Source: a virus
Taxonomy: Duplodnaviria; Caudoviricetes
Strand: one strand, 5' to 3'
IMG/VR virus record: IMGVR_UViG_3300037742_000046
Span: 1-48,293 of that record
Length of the DNA stretch: 48,293 nucleotides
The translations under genes and the position numbers were made by a program. Numbering within the stretch: the stretch's first letter is position 1; each line of letters begins with the position of its first letter. The notes beneath the pieces were generated by a model. The model made no database searches. It worked only from the letters and a program-made list of their open reading frames with translations, and was not told the DNA's origin. Positions 23,767 through 33,226 of the stretch are shown in pieces.

Positions 23767-24122
23767 GTTTTCAGCGGGGGATCGCGGAGCGCCGGCAGGA
23801 CCGCAACATTGAGGCTGCCCGGAAGGCACGAGCTGCGGGCCGTGCGGCTACGGCGTCGTTGCGTGACGCGGAGGGTTCGGTGGATCGTGCTGAGCGTGCG
23901 TTATGGAAGGTTGCTAAGCGTGGGGAGGAGCACCGGTTGCCGGTTGAGCGGGCGGTTGAGGAGGCTCGGCGTGCTGCTCGGATGGCTAGGGGGTTTGAGC
24001 GGCGGGCGTTGGGTGCGGCGCGTCAGGCTGATGTGCGTGGGGCGGTGCGGGCTGCTGGGGAGTGTGCGCGGGCTGCTGATGTTGCGCGGCGTGCTGAGGT
24101 TGAGGCGGAGCGTGAGCGATGA
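23763..24122 (+). CDS. Ala/Arg-rich helical protein
   Basis: GTGA/ATGA overlaps. Confidence 0.6.
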   Translation: MSFQRGIAERRQDRNIEAARKARAAGRAATASLRDAEGSVDRAERALWKVAKRGEEHRLPVERAVEEARRAARMARGFERRALGAARQADVRGAVRAAGECARAADVARRAEVEAERER

Positions 24123-24334
24123 GGCGCAAGCTACGGGTTCATGTGCGGCTTGAACATGGGCAGGCTGTCGTGCGGGTTGTGCGCTGGCGGTGGTCCAGCG
24201 TTTGCGATGAGGCGCGTGTCGCGATTGTGAACCTAGCCGCTGATGACGCTGACGAACGGTTGGCTGAGGCGCGCATGAAGGCTCGCGATATGGCTAGTCA
24301 ACTGAACGGTCTTGAGGGACGGGAACGGCGTTGA
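24119..24334 (+). CDS. Hypothetical protein
   Basis: ATGA/TTGA overlaps. Confidence 0.6.
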   Translation: MRRKLRVHVRLEHGQAVVRVVRWRWSSVCDEARVAIVNLAADDADERLAEARMKARDMASQLNGLEGRERR

Positions 24335-25707
24335 AGATCATTCCGCATTGGTCGTGGTTCGTGCTGTTCGCGCAGGGCTGCACGGCCGGAGTGGTGTGGG
24401 TGTACAGGTGGGTGCGGCGGCATCCCAAGGTGTTCGCTGCTCTTGCCCTGCTGATCCTGCTGACGGCTGTGTTTGGGTTCCGTACAGCGTCGGCGTTGCC
24501 GTTTTACGTGCTGCCTCCCGTGTTGGGTTTCTGGTGGCTGGTTGCGCGTTCGTCGTTTCGTCGGTGGGTAGCCAAGCCGTTGCGGGCGGATTGGCGGCGT
24601 TGGTGGCGGTATGAGCGCAGGTGGGTCAACGTCATGGCGTTGAACCGGCTCAGCGAGGTCATCGACAACGGCCTGGATGTGTATCCGCAGATTTGGCGGG
24701 TTCGGTGCCATCAGTTCGGTGACACGGTGATCGTGAAGCGGTTGCTGTCGCAGACTAACGAGGATTACGAGCGGGTGGCTGATGCTCTTGCGTCGGACTT
24801 TGGGGCTGAGGGTTGCCGTGTGTACAGGCATCCGAAGGGTGTGCGGTTGGAGTTCGCGTATGGCCCTGATCCGTTGGCTGAGACGATCCCTGCGTTGCCG
24901 ATCCCTGCGAGTTCGGATGACATTGATTTTCGTGCGGTGCCGGTGGGTGCGACGGAGACGGGGGAGCCGTGGACGATCGACCTTGCGTTGCACATCCTCC
25001 TCGCCGGCCAGACAGGCTCAGGAAAGAGCGGGGTTCTTCAGCAGCTTGTGCGGTCCCTTGCACCAGTGATCCACGATGGCCGCGTGATCGTGTGGGGCAT
25101 CGATCCCAAGGAAGGCATGGAGTTCCGGGACCTTAAGGCGATGTTCGCTCGCTATGAGGATGGCGAGATTGAGGACATAGCTGAGATGCTCGCGGATGCC
25201 GTGACGATGATGCGCAAGCAGATGCGTAAGCTGCGGGTGCAGGGGTTGCGCAAGCATGTCCCGACGAAGGACATGCCACTGATGCTCGTGGTCATCGATG
25301 AGATGGTTGACTTGACCGACCCACGCGGCAAGCCGAAGGATCTGTGGATGAGTATCCACGCGTCTCTTGGGCATTTGCTCAGGAAGGGCAGGGCTGCCGG
25401 GGTGATCGTGGTTGGTGCTGTGACGGATCCGCGGGTTGAGGCGTTGCCGATGCGTCGCGCGTTCCCCGTCAAGATTGGGGCGCGGTTGGATACGGCTGAT
25501 GAGACGATCATGGTGTTGGGGAAGGGCGCTGAGGACCGGGGCGCGCGGTGCCATGAGATCCCGGTTGAGCTGCCCGGGGTGTGCTACGTGTTGAAGAACA
25601 CCGAACGCGACGCGGTCAGGGTTAGGGCAGCGTTCGTTGAGGATGAGGACATCGAGGCGATGGTCGCCGAGTACGCACCCAAGCCCAAGCTGGCTGCCGT
25701 TTCGTAG
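24331..25707 (+). CDS. FtsK/SpoIIIE-family ATPase with N-terminal TM segments (actinomycete Tra-like)
   Basis: HILLAGQTGSGKS (Walker A), GIDPK, LVVIDE (Walker B), LLRKGRAAG (Arg finger), VRVRAAFVEDEDI. Confidence 0.9.
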   Translation: MKIIPHWSWFVLFAQGCTAGVVWVYRWVRRHPKVFAALALLILLTAVFGFRTASALPFYVLPPVLGFWWLVARSSFRRWVAKPLRADWRRWWRYERRWVNVMALNRLSEVIDNGLDVYPQIWRVRCHQFGDTVIVKRLLSQTNEDYERVADALASDFGAEGCRVYRHPKGVRLEFAYGPDPLAETIPALPIPASSDDIDFRAVPVGATETGEPWTIDLALHILLAGQTGSGKSGVLQQLVRSLAPVIHDGRVIVWGIDPKEGMEFRDLKAMFARYEDGEIEDIAEMLADAVTMMRKQMRKLRVQGLRKHVPTKDMPLMLVVIDEMVDLTDPRGKPKDLWMSIHASLGHLLRKGRAAGVIVVGAVTDPRVEALPMRRAFPVKIGARLDTADETIMVLGKGAEDRGARCHEIPVELPGVCYVLKNTERDAVRVRAAFVEDEDIEAMVAEYAPKPKLAAVS

Positions 25708-25752
25708 CGGTTCGCGCTAGGGTCGTGGGACCATCGGCTAAGGAGACGTCCC

Positions 25753-25818
25753 ATGAGGTTCCTCATTCTTGCGCAAGACATCATCGAAGCGGTCTTGAGG
25801 TTCATGGGCGCCGGATGA
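25753..25818 (+). CDS. 21-aa amphipathic peptide
   Basis: AAGGAG RBS; MRFLILAQDIIEAVLRFMGAG. Confidence 0.35.
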   Translation: MRFLILAQDIIEAVLRFMGAG

Positions 25819-25856
25819 CATGTCCAGCTTGTGCGAGCGATAACTCTACCTAGACA

Positions 25857-25994
25857 ATGACGTCGGGGCTGACTCGTGAGGGCACCGCACGGTACCTGAG
25901 GGACGTTGGGCATGCCCTCGCAGCGATAGCAGTGCTCGTGCTGGTCGCTGGCACCGTCGTGGGTGTCGTCGTGGTCGTTGCAGCCCTGGTGTAG
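25857..25994 (+). CDS. 45-aa TM microprotein
   Basis: ...ALAAIAVLVLVAGTVVGVVVVVAALV. Confidence 0.5.
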   Translation: MTSGLTREGTARYLRDVGHALAAIAVLVLVAGTVVGVVVVVAALV

Positions 25995-26001
25995 AACGGT
26001 G

Positions 26002-26046
26002 CGCGGCCCGGCTAGTCGAAGGGGAAGACGACGTTGCCGGGCCGCG
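26002..26046. other. GC-rich hairpin, loop AAGGGGAAGA (TCTTCCCCTT on - strand)
   Basis: CGCGGCCCGGC-ta-GTCG...CGAC-gtt-GCCGGGCCGCG. Confidence 0.6.
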
Positions 26047-26161
26047 GTGGGCGAGGGAAGATGCGTTACCCCTACCTCGCGTGTTGGATGGTACCCCGTG
26101 ATACGGCCGAACACTCCCGTAAAGTGAGCACTGCCACACACCCATCGGGCAAGGAGGCCGC

Positions 26162-26773
26162 TTGATCGTTGATCCGAAGACCGCAAGGGCGATAGCTGCG
26201 GGCCGCGTCACGCAGTACCGCCACGCCGGGACCGCGCTGAAGACCGGGCATGACTACCCGGTGCAAGTGCGGGGGAAGGCCGCGGCGTGCCGCATCCACG
26301 TTCTGTCGGGGATCGTGTTGCCGGCCGGTGCAGTGACGTTCGATGACGCGAGGCGTGAGGGATACCGCACCACCACCGAGCTCAAGGCCGCGTTTGTCCG
26401 CAGGGTCGATCAGCGCTGGGTAGCGAAGCAACCCGAGGGCATTGAGGACCATGCACTAGCCGCAAGGTTCGATACGAGGCATGCACGTACCCTCGTGCAG
26501 ATCATCGTGTTCAGCGTCGTTGTTGACGAACCCAGGTTCCTAGCGTCCCAGTTCGACATCTTGCATGGGTACACCGATCGCGGCGAGTACACCGCCCGCA
26601 GGGGCAAGGCGGTCGATGACCTTGAGGTGGTTCCGGACAGTGTGGTTGAGGGGTACGCGAAGGCGGCTGAGGCTGGTGCGGTTGAGCAGCGCGACCGCTT
26701 CCGCAACCAGCACGCCGCGAAACGCCAAGCGAAACGCAATCAGCGGCTAGAGATGTTCCGCAAGAGCGCATGA
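26162..26773 (+). CDS. ASCH/PUA-like domain protein
   Basis: AAGGAGG RBS; AI.AGRVTQYR...VTFDDARREGY.T..E. Confidence 0.6.
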   Translation: MIVDPKTARAIAAGRVTQYRHAGTALKTGHDYPVQVRGKAAACRIHVLSGIVLPAGAVTFDDARREGYRTTTELKAAFVRRVDQRWVAKQPEGIEDHALAARFDTRHARTLVQIIVFSVVVDEPRFLASQFDILHGYTDRGEYTARRGKAVDDLEVVPDSVVEGYAKAAEAGAVEQRDRFRNQHAAKRQAKRNQRLEMFRKSA

Positions 26774-26776
26774 GGG

Positions 26777-26959
26777 ATGTCTGAGTCAGAGGACGACATA
26801 GAACGTCTGTGCGACATTGGGGATCGCATTCTGGCGGGAGAGCCAATCGAAAGCTTGGAGTTAGGGCAGCGCGAGATCCATTTTGTAGTGGGGTATTGCG
26901 AGCGAGCGGTCGCGGAGTTCTTCTCGGCGGGTCCTCCTTCGCCACATCGCACCGAGTAG
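26777..26959 (+). CDS. Hypothetical protein
   Basis: ORF fills the gap. Confidence 0.5.
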   Translation: MSESEDDIERLCDIGDRILAGEPIESLELGQREIHFVVGYCERAVAEFFSAGPPSPHRTE

Positions 26960-26966
26960 TAGAACA

Positions 26967-27284
26967 TTGGTCCATATCGGGCCGTTCCGTCCAACAGGTC
27001 CTTATACTGGCCGCACGCCCAAGTCAGATCACCCCAACGACATGGGGTTGCGGCAGGTAGGCGCGAGTCGCGGCGTGAAAGGACGGGGAGCTATAACCAG
27101 CCTTGAGATGTGGGAGCAGTTCGGCGACCACACCATGCATTACCGCGTGAATGGCTGCCTAGAAGCGCGGATCACAGACCGCGAGGCCCGCGAGGCGGAC
27201 GATCATTTCCTCTTCAGGGAGATGGTTACGAAACGTGTAGCCCCATTGGTCTGGCTAGCTATGCCCAGTCACGACGCACCATGA
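26967..27284 (+). CDS. Hypothetical protein
   Basis: Ends in ATGA overlap; start uncertain. Confidence 0.5.
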   Translation: MVHIGPFRPTGPYTGRTPKSDHPNDMGLRQVGASRGVKGRGAITSLEMWEQFGDHTMHYRVNGCLEARITDREAREADDHFLFREMVTKRVAPLVWLAMPSHDAP

Positions 27285-27457
27285 AGCACCACCTCACACC
27301 GCTCACCTGCTACGTCATCCTGGCATGCATCCTCGTAGCACTCACCCTCGCCGCCCTCATGAACAGCCGCACAAACCAAGCCGGCATGTTCAGCCTAGCC
27401 CTCGTAACGCTAGCCGTAGGGTTCGTCATCGGTCGCGCCCAGGAGACCACACCGTGA
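27281..27457 (+). CDS. Small two-TM protein
   Basis: YVILACILVALTLAALM...MFSLALVTLAVGFVIG. Confidence 0.6.
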   Translation: MKHHLTPLTCYVILACILVALTLAALMNSRTNQAGMFSLALVTLAVGFVIGRAQETTP

Positions 27458-27630
27458 TCATGCTGGCCGTACACACCTGCCCGCTCTGGGAACACCAAGA
27501 CGGGCAACGCATCATCGGCATCAACCCATGCGCCCATCAACTCCCGGTAGTTGGGTGGTGCAACGCCGCCCACATCGCCATCAACGGCGAGACACGCTGG
27601 TTCCTCCTCACACTAGACGCCACACGCTGA
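27454..27630 (+). CDS. Hypothetical protein
   Basis: AGGAG RBS, GTGA overlap. Confidence 0.5.
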   Translation: MIMLAVHTCPLWEHQDGQRIIGINPCAHQLPVVGWCNAAHIAINGETRWFLLTLDATR

Positions 27631-27662
27631 TGCCCACAAACGCACGCAAGGAGGACTGAGCC

Positions 27663-27746
27663 ATGACCATCGACCGAGCCCTAGCCCTCGGACGCGACGC
27701 AGCCATCATCCTCCTGTCCATCGCCTACGTCATCACCAACTTCTAA
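27663..27746 (+). CDS. 27-aa TM microprotein
   Basis: AAGGAGG RBS; MTIDRALALGRDAAIILLSIAYVITNF. Confidence 0.55.
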   Translation: MTIDRALALGRDAAIILLSIAYVITNF

Positions 27747-27748
27747 CC

Positions 27749-28216
27749 ATGACCAACCAGCCGGCAGCGAACGGTGAGCCGAACACCTTAAAAGGCGCAT
27801 GGCTTGAGGCGTTTGAGAAGCGGGGCACGGTCGTTGCGGCTTGTAAGACCGCTGGGGTTGGTCGTACCACGGCGTACGAGTGGCGCCAGAAGGATGAGGC
27901 GTTCGCGCTGGCGTGGGCTGATATCGAGGAGGCGACTACGGAGGCGATGGAGCGCGAGGCGTTTCGTCGCGGTGTGGAGGGCACTGTTGAGCCCCTTGTG
28001 TCCGCTGGGAAGCACGTTACGGACGTGAAGAAGTACTCGGACACGCTGTTGATCTTCATGCTCAAGGCTCGTCGCCCGGAGAAGTACCGCGACAACATCA
28101 AGGTGGAGCACGCGGGGAAGGTTGAGACGGTCAGTACGAGCATCATCACGGACGCAGACTTTGCTAGGGAGGCGCGTGATCTACTCCGACGAGCAGCGCC
28201 TTCTAGCAGCGACTAG
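27749..28216 (+). CDS. terS: Terminase small subunit
   Basis: HTH (ACKTAGVGRTTAYEWR), YSDTLLIFMLKARRPEKYRD; precedes TerL. Confidence 0.85.
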   Translation: MTNQPAANGEPNTLKGAWLEAFEKRGTVVAACKTAGVGRTTAYEWRQKDEAFALAWADIEEATTEAMEREAFRRGVEGTVEPLVSAGKHVTDVKKYSDTLLIFMLKARRPEKYRDNIKVEHAGKVETVSTSIITDADFAREARDLLRRAAPSSSD

Positions 28217-29648
28217 CCCCGGGGGGCTGGCTGTAGCGACAAGCAATGGCCGGTGGGTGTTGGCGCCGCACCTGGATTTCATTGACGAGGTCATCGTGGA
28301 CGCGGTCGCTGGCCGTGGCCCCCGGTTCGTGGTGGTGGAGTGCCCGCCGCGGCATGGCAAGAGCGAGCTCATCAGTCATCGGACACCGGCTTGGTATTTG
28401 GGGATGTTTCCTGAGCGGCAGGTGATGCTGGCCAGCTACGAAGCGTCGTTTGCGCAGACGTGGGGGCGTAAGGCAAGGGACCTTCTTGAGGAGCATGGAG
28501 CGGGGTTGTATGGCGTGCAGGTGCGTTCGGATGCACGCGCTGCGGATCGGTGGTACACGAGTGCTGGGGGCGTGATGGCCGCGAGTGGTATCGGTGGCCG
28601 GTTCACGGGGATGGGCGCCGATCTGCTCATCATCGATGACCCGGTCAAGAACGCTGAGGAGGCACGGTCAGCAGTCATCCGCAAGAAACACATCGACTGG
28701 TGGCAATCAACTGCTGCCACTCGATTGCATCCCGGGGCCGTCGTGATCGTGCTGATGACGCGATGGCATGAGGGCGACCTGGGTGGCTACCTGCTGTCGC
28801 GTGGCGCGGATGAGGTTGAGGAGCCGTTCATCGAGGTGCGGTTGCCCGCGATAGCGGAGGGCAACGATCCATTGGGACGCAATGTGGGTGATGCGTTGTG
28901 GCCCGGCCGGTATGGGTTGGCGCAGCTTGAGCAGACCAAGCGGACGGTTGGGTCGTATTGGTGGTCAGCGATGTATCAGGGCCGCCCGGTGCCTGAGGGC
29001 GGCGGAATGTTCAAGCGGGAGTGGTTTCCGGTTCTTGAGGTCGCGCCGCTTGATGATGCGCACAAGGTGCGGTGGGTGCGGTTCTGGGATTTCGCGGCGA
29101 CGGAGCAGCAGGGAACTAATGATCCTGACTGGGCTGTGGGTGCGAAGGTTGGGTTGACGCCAGCGGGTCGCTATGTCGTGGCTGATATGCAGCGGGTGCG
29201 TGCCACTCCGTACGGGGTGGAGTCGTTGATCCGGTCGACGGCTGTGCGTGATGGCAAGGATGTCCCGGTGTGGCTTGCTCAGGATCCTGGGGCTGCCGGG
29301 AAGATCGTGGTTGATCATTATGTTCGTACTGTGCTGCGTGGGTTTGCGGCGCGTGGGTATCGGGAGTCTGGGTCTAAGGTGGTCCGCGCTGATCCGGTGT
29401 CGGCGCAGGCTGAGGCTGGGAACGTGAGTCTTGTTAGGGGCCCGTGGGTTGAGGGGTTTTTGTGGGAGGCGGAGCAGTTTCCGCATGGCACGCATGACGA
29501 TCACATCGATGCGTTGTCGGGTGGGTTCGCTGTGCTTTCGAGTGCGGGTGGCGTGAGGACGGAGAGCAGGTTGCCGTCGCATACCCCACCGGTGCGGCAG
29601 GCTGGGAACCTGACGTTGGTGGGCGAGCAGTTCGTGGATAAGGCTTAG
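28176..29648 (+). CDS. terL: Terminase large subunit
   Basis: PPRHGKS, LLIIDDPVK, MTRWHEGD, WDFA, HDDHIDA. Confidence 0.95.
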   Translation: MIYSDEQRLLAATSPGGLAVATSNGRWVLAPHLDFIDEVIVDAVAGRGPRFVVVECPPRHGKSELISHRTPAWYLGMFPERQVMLASYEASFAQTWGRKARDLLEEHGAGLYGVQVRSDARAADRWYTSAGGVMAASGIGGRFTGMGADLLIIDDPVKNAEEARSAVIRKKHIDWWQSTAATRLHPGAVVIVLMTRWHEGDLGGYLLSRGADEVEEPFIEVRLPAIAEGNDPLGRNVGDALWPGRYGLAQLEQTKRTVGSYWWSAMYQGRPVPEGGGMFKREWFPVLEVAPLDDAHKVRWVRFWDFAATEQQGTNDPDWAVGAKVGLTPAGRYVVADMQRVRATPYGVESLIRSTAVRDGKDVPVWLAQDPGAAGKIVVDHYVRTVLRGFAARGYRESGSKVVRADPVSAQAEAGNVSLVRGPWVEGFLWEAEQFPHGTHDDHIDALSGGFAVLSSAGGVRTESRLPSHTPPVRQAGNLTLVGEQFVDKA

Positions 29649-29657
29649 GAGGCGCGT

Positions 29658-31085
29658 ATGGCGGTCACAGCAGCGATACAGCGCGTCTTCAATGGGCAGC
29701 CCGACATCGTCAAGGGGGATGAGCAGGACTTCATCCGGGGTTGCGCTGATCTTGGGTCCGAACGGGTTGATGGGTACCGGTTGTACGAGGACTACTACGA
29801 TGGCCGGCGCCAGCAATACCTTTCCGACAGGCAGCGGTTGTATTTGCAGCGGGCGGGCGTGACGTTCGCGGAGAACATCTGCGCACCGGTTGTGGACAAG
29901 CTCGCGCAAAGGTTGCATGTCGAGGGGTTCCAGGTGGAGGACAACGAGGACGCGTCGGCTTGGCTGTCAACGACGGTGTTTCCGCATAGTGGTGGCGATG
30001 AGTTGCAGGGCGTGATTCATACGCGGACGGCGATGCTTGCTGATTGCTTCGTGATCGTGGACTGGGACCCGCAGGCTGGGTTGCCACGCTACCGGTATAA
30101 CCATCCGGGGAAGATCAAGATGGTGTATGACGAGGATGCGGGGCCGTTGGCTGAGCCCGCGTACGCTGTGAAGAAGTGGGCTTCGACGGCACCGGGGATG
30201 TTGAATCCGGGGCGCATGTTGATTTGGCGGCTGAATCTGTATTACCCGGATCGGGTTGAGAAGTGGTTTAGCGCTGACCGGGACGGTGATGTGTGGGGTC
30301 GCTGGACGGAGGAGGGGGAGTTGTGGCCGGTGCCGTGGGTTGATGGGATGGGTGAGCCGTTGGGGGTGCCGGTCGTCCACTTCCGCAACAAGGCTTTGGG
30401 GGATTGCTACGGGCGGTCTGAGGTGCGGGCAGCGATTCCGTATCAGGAGGAGCACACGAAGAACGTGTTGGATTTGTTCACGGTGATGGATCAACAGGGT
30501 TGGCAGATCATCACGGCGACGGGGATCGCGGAGGCGGACACGCTGAAGCTGGCGGTTGGGGATATTTTGAGGTCGCCGAATGAGTCAGCGTCGTTTGGGT
30601 TGCTGCCGGCCGCTGATCCGGCGAAGCTGTTGGATCCGGTCAAGGGGACGTTGCAGCGCTTCAGTGCGTTTACGGACACGCCGTTGCATAGCGTGATGTT
30701 GACTGGGTCGTTGCCGTCGGGGGAGAGCTTGAAGACGTATGACGCGGGTGCGGTCAAGAAGGCTGTTGATCGTCAGCCGTCGTTGGGGAACAGTTGGGCT
30801 CGGGTGCAGTCGTTGTGTTTGCGGTTGGCGGCGGTGCATGGCGATGTCGGTTTTGAGTTTGATCCCAGCCAGCAGGTTACGGTGGTGTGGGATAGCGCTG
30901 AGACACGCGATGAGGCTGTGGAGGCGCAGAACGCGCTGATCAAGTCTGAGCTGGGGGTGTCTAACGCGACGTTGCTCAGGGAGCTTGGTTATGACCCGGA
31001 GCAGGAGGCGGCGCAGCGGGTGTTGGAGGCCCCTGATACGCCTGTCTTGGCACCTGGGTTGCGTCAGTTGTCCGTAGGGGACTAA
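29658..31085 (+). CDS. Portal protein (SPP1 gp6-like)
   Basis: Position, size; YY.G...N....VVD, PVVHFRN...GRSE, SGESLK. Confidence 0.9.
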   Translation: MAVTAAIQRVFNGQPDIVKGDEQDFIRGCADLGSERVDGYRLYEDYYDGRRQQYLSDRQRLYLQRAGVTFAENICAPVVDKLAQRLHVEGFQVEDNEDASAWLSTTVFPHSGGDELQGVIHTRTAMLADCFVIVDWDPQAGLPRYRYNHPGKIKMVYDEDAGPLAEPAYAVKKWASTAPGMLNPGRMLIWRLNLYYPDRVEKWFSADRDGDVWGRWTEEGELWPVPWVDGMGEPLGVPVVHFRNKALGDCYGRSEVRAAIPYQEEHTKNVLDLFTVMDQQGWQIITATGIAEADTLKLAVGDILRSPNESASFGLLPAADPAKLLDPVKGTLQRFSAFTDTPLHSVMLTGSLPSGESLKTYDAGAVKKAVDRQPSLGNSWARVQSLCLRLAAVHGDVGFEFDPSQQVTVVWDSAETRDEAVEAQNALIKSELGVSNATLLRELGYDPEQEAAQRVLEAPDTPVLAPGLRQLSVGD

Positions 31086-31140
31086 AAGCTTGTAAACCGC
31101 TTGGGTGCGATGCCTGGGCTTATGATGAGAGGAAGGCGCG

Positions 31141-31776
31141 ATGCCTACCCCTGAAGAGGAAGCGGCTGCGAAAGCAACCGCGGAGAAAGCCGCTAAGGAG
31201 ACGGAAGCCGCTGCTGAGAAGGCAAGGGCCGATGAGGCCGCCAAGGCAGCGTTGGGTGATGCTGGTAAGGCCGCGCTGGACGCGGAGCGTAAGGGCCGCA
31301 AGGAAGCGGAGAGGGCCGCGAGGGAGGCTCAAGCCAAGCTTGACGAGATCGAGAAGGCGAGCCTGTCGGAGACGGAGCGGTTGAAGAAGGAAGCTGAGGA
31401 GGGTAAGGCGTTGGCTGCGTCCGCGACGGACAAGCTGCGTCGAGCGAACCTCATGGCAGCGTTGAGTGAGGCTGGTGTAGGGAACGTGAAGGCCGCTGTG
31501 CGCCTGCTCGATGGCGTTGAGTACAGCGACGATGATGAGCCGAAGAACCTGGATGCTGCGATGACGGCCGCGAAGGCTGAGTTCGGCGAAGCCATGTTCA
31601 AGGGCTCTAAGCCCACTGCGGCGAACATTGATGGTGGCGGTGGCGGCGGTGACCGCGATCGGGCTCCGAGCTTGACGGCTGAGGAGCTTGCGATCGCTAA
31701 GTCGTTCGATATGACGCCGGAGGAGTATGCGGCGGAGAAGGATCCGGGTTACAACCCGGATCCAGTCAAGACGTAA
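31141..31776 (+). CDS. Head scaffolding protein
   Basis: LGDAGKAALDAERK, SETER; coiled coil, Ala/Glu/Lys-rich. Confidence 0.85.
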   Translation: MPTPEEEAAAKATAEKAAKETEAAAEKARADEAAKAALGDAGKAALDAERKGRKEAERAAREAQAKLDEIEKASLSETERLKKEAEEGKALAASATDKLRRANLMAALSEAGVGNVKAAVRLLDGVEYSDDDEPKNLDAAMTAAKAEFGEAMFKGSKPTAANIDGGGGGGDRDRAPSLTAEELAIAKSFDMTPEEYAAEKDPGYNPDPVKT

Positions 31777-31830
31777 CCAATCAGGAGGGCCATGGGGCCG
31801 CTCCGCTAGATCAAGAGGAGGGCCGGCTCT

Positions 31831-32250
31831 ATGGCTGGTTTCAAGTTTCGGTACCGCTTGTGCGGTGATCCCCCGACGGTGCAGGTCCTGAAGTCCAAGG
31901 ACACGGAGACGTTGACTGAGGGCGACATGCTGAACCTGGAAACGGGTGAGGTTGATCTCGCTGCGACGGGAGACACGAATCTGTTGGGTGTGTGTCTCGG
32001 CCCGACTGGTGCGGCGACGGATTCAACGACGGACATCCGGTTTATTCGGGACGCTGACGCGGTGTATGGCATCACGGACGCTAACGCGAGGGTGATGGGT
32101 GCCACTTTGGATATTGCTGGTGCGACGGGTGCTCAGACGGTCGCGACGAGTTCGAACAAGGAGTTCGTGGTTGCCGCGCAGTCGCTGGCGACTGAGGAAA
32201 CGCTGGTCCGCATCAATGTGGGCAAGCACCATGACAACAAGGCCCAGTAA
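31831..32250 (+). CDS. Capsid decoration/cement protein
   Basis: Between scaffold and major capsid; beta-rich. Confidence 0.6.
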   Translation: MAGFKFRYRLCGDPPTVQVLKSKDTETLTEGDMLNLETGEVDLAATGDTNLLGVCLGPTGAATDSTTDIRFIRDADAVYGITDANARVMGATLDIAGATGAQTVATSSNKEFVVAAQSLATEETLVRINVGKHHDNKAQ

Positions 32251-32263
32251 GGGAGGCTGACTG

Positions 32264-33223
32264 ATGTCTGCACCGATGGTCAGCGAGAATTGGGCTGCAC
32301 TACTGACACCGGGGCTCCGTAAGGTGTTCCGCACGCGTTTGCGTGGTTCTGAGGAGCTGCATAAACGTACCCAGATCTTCCCGACAGATACGTCGCAGCG
32401 CGCCTATGAGGACTTCCAGGGCGTTGGGGATCTCGGGTCGACTGGTTGGAACCAGTTTGAGGTCACGGGCCGCGTGCCGTACGACGCTCCGGAGATTGGC
32501 TTCAAGACACGCCTTGAGCATCGCGAGTTCGCTAAGGGCATGAGCGCGAAGCGCAAGCTGATGGAAGACAACATGTATCCGGGTGCCCCAATCCCGAAGC
32601 AGATTTCGCAGATGGCTGCGGCGCTTGGCGCGTCGGCTGCGTTGTTTCGGGAGAAGAGCGCAGCTGAGGTCTTCATCAACGCGTTCACGGACACGGGTGT
32701 CGATACGGCTGGGTTCAGCTTGACGGGCGCCGATGGCGTCGGTCTGGTATCGACGGCGCATCCGTTGTCGCCATCGAACGCTGGGACGCAGGGTAACGAG
32801 GGTACGTTGGCGCTCACGTCTGACAATGTTGTTGAGACGAAGAACCGCATGCGGAACTTCACGGACGAGAATGGCGACCTGATGGCTGTGCACCCGGACA
32901 CTCTCTTGGTGCCCCCGGAGCTTGAGGAGACGGCGCTGAAGATCATCAGCGGTGACCTTGATCCGGATTCGGCGAACAACACGATCAACGTCAACAAGGG
33001 TCGTTACAACCTGATCGTGTGGGATTATCTCACGGACTCGAACGCGTGGTTCATGATCGATTCGGGGCTGAAGGCTGACCATCTGATCTGGCTTGACCGG
33101 GTGTTGCCGCAGTTCATGGGCGAGATGAACAAGGACACGATGATTGGGGAGTGGGTTGGGTACGCGCGTTGGTCTCGCGGTTGGGATGACTGGCGTTGGA
33201 TCTACGGCAACAACCCGTCCTAG
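32264..33223 (+). CDS. Major capsid protein (Mu gpT-like)
   Basis: LLTPGL, GADG..L.STAHP, PDTLLVPPELE..A, YLTDSNAWF, DWRWIYG. Confidence 0.9.
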   Translation: MSAPMVSENWAALLTPGLRKVFRTRLRGSEELHKRTQIFPTDTSQRAYEDFQGVGDLGSTGWNQFEVTGRVPYDAPEIGFKTRLEHREFAKGMSAKRKLMEDNMYPGAPIPKQISQMAAALGASAALFREKSAAEVFINAFTDTGVDTAGFSLTGADGVGLVSTAHPLSPSNAGTQGNEGTLALTSDNVVETKNRMRNFTDENGDLMAVHPDTLLVPPELEETALKIISGDLDPDSANNTINVNKGRYNLIVWDYLTDSNAWFMIDSGLKADHLIWLDRVLPQFMGEMNKDTMIGEWVGYARWSRGWDDWRWIYGNNPS

Positions 33224-33226
33224 CTG

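Noticed and set aside
24331-25707. FtsK-family ATPase as the packaging motor
   Set aside because: A canonical TerS/TerL/portal set is present
25708-26160. Tandem 8-bp TraB-recognition (clt-like) repeats beside the FtsK gene
   Set aside because: None seen by eye; consistent with the missing winged-helix domain, and this weakens a canonical TraB model
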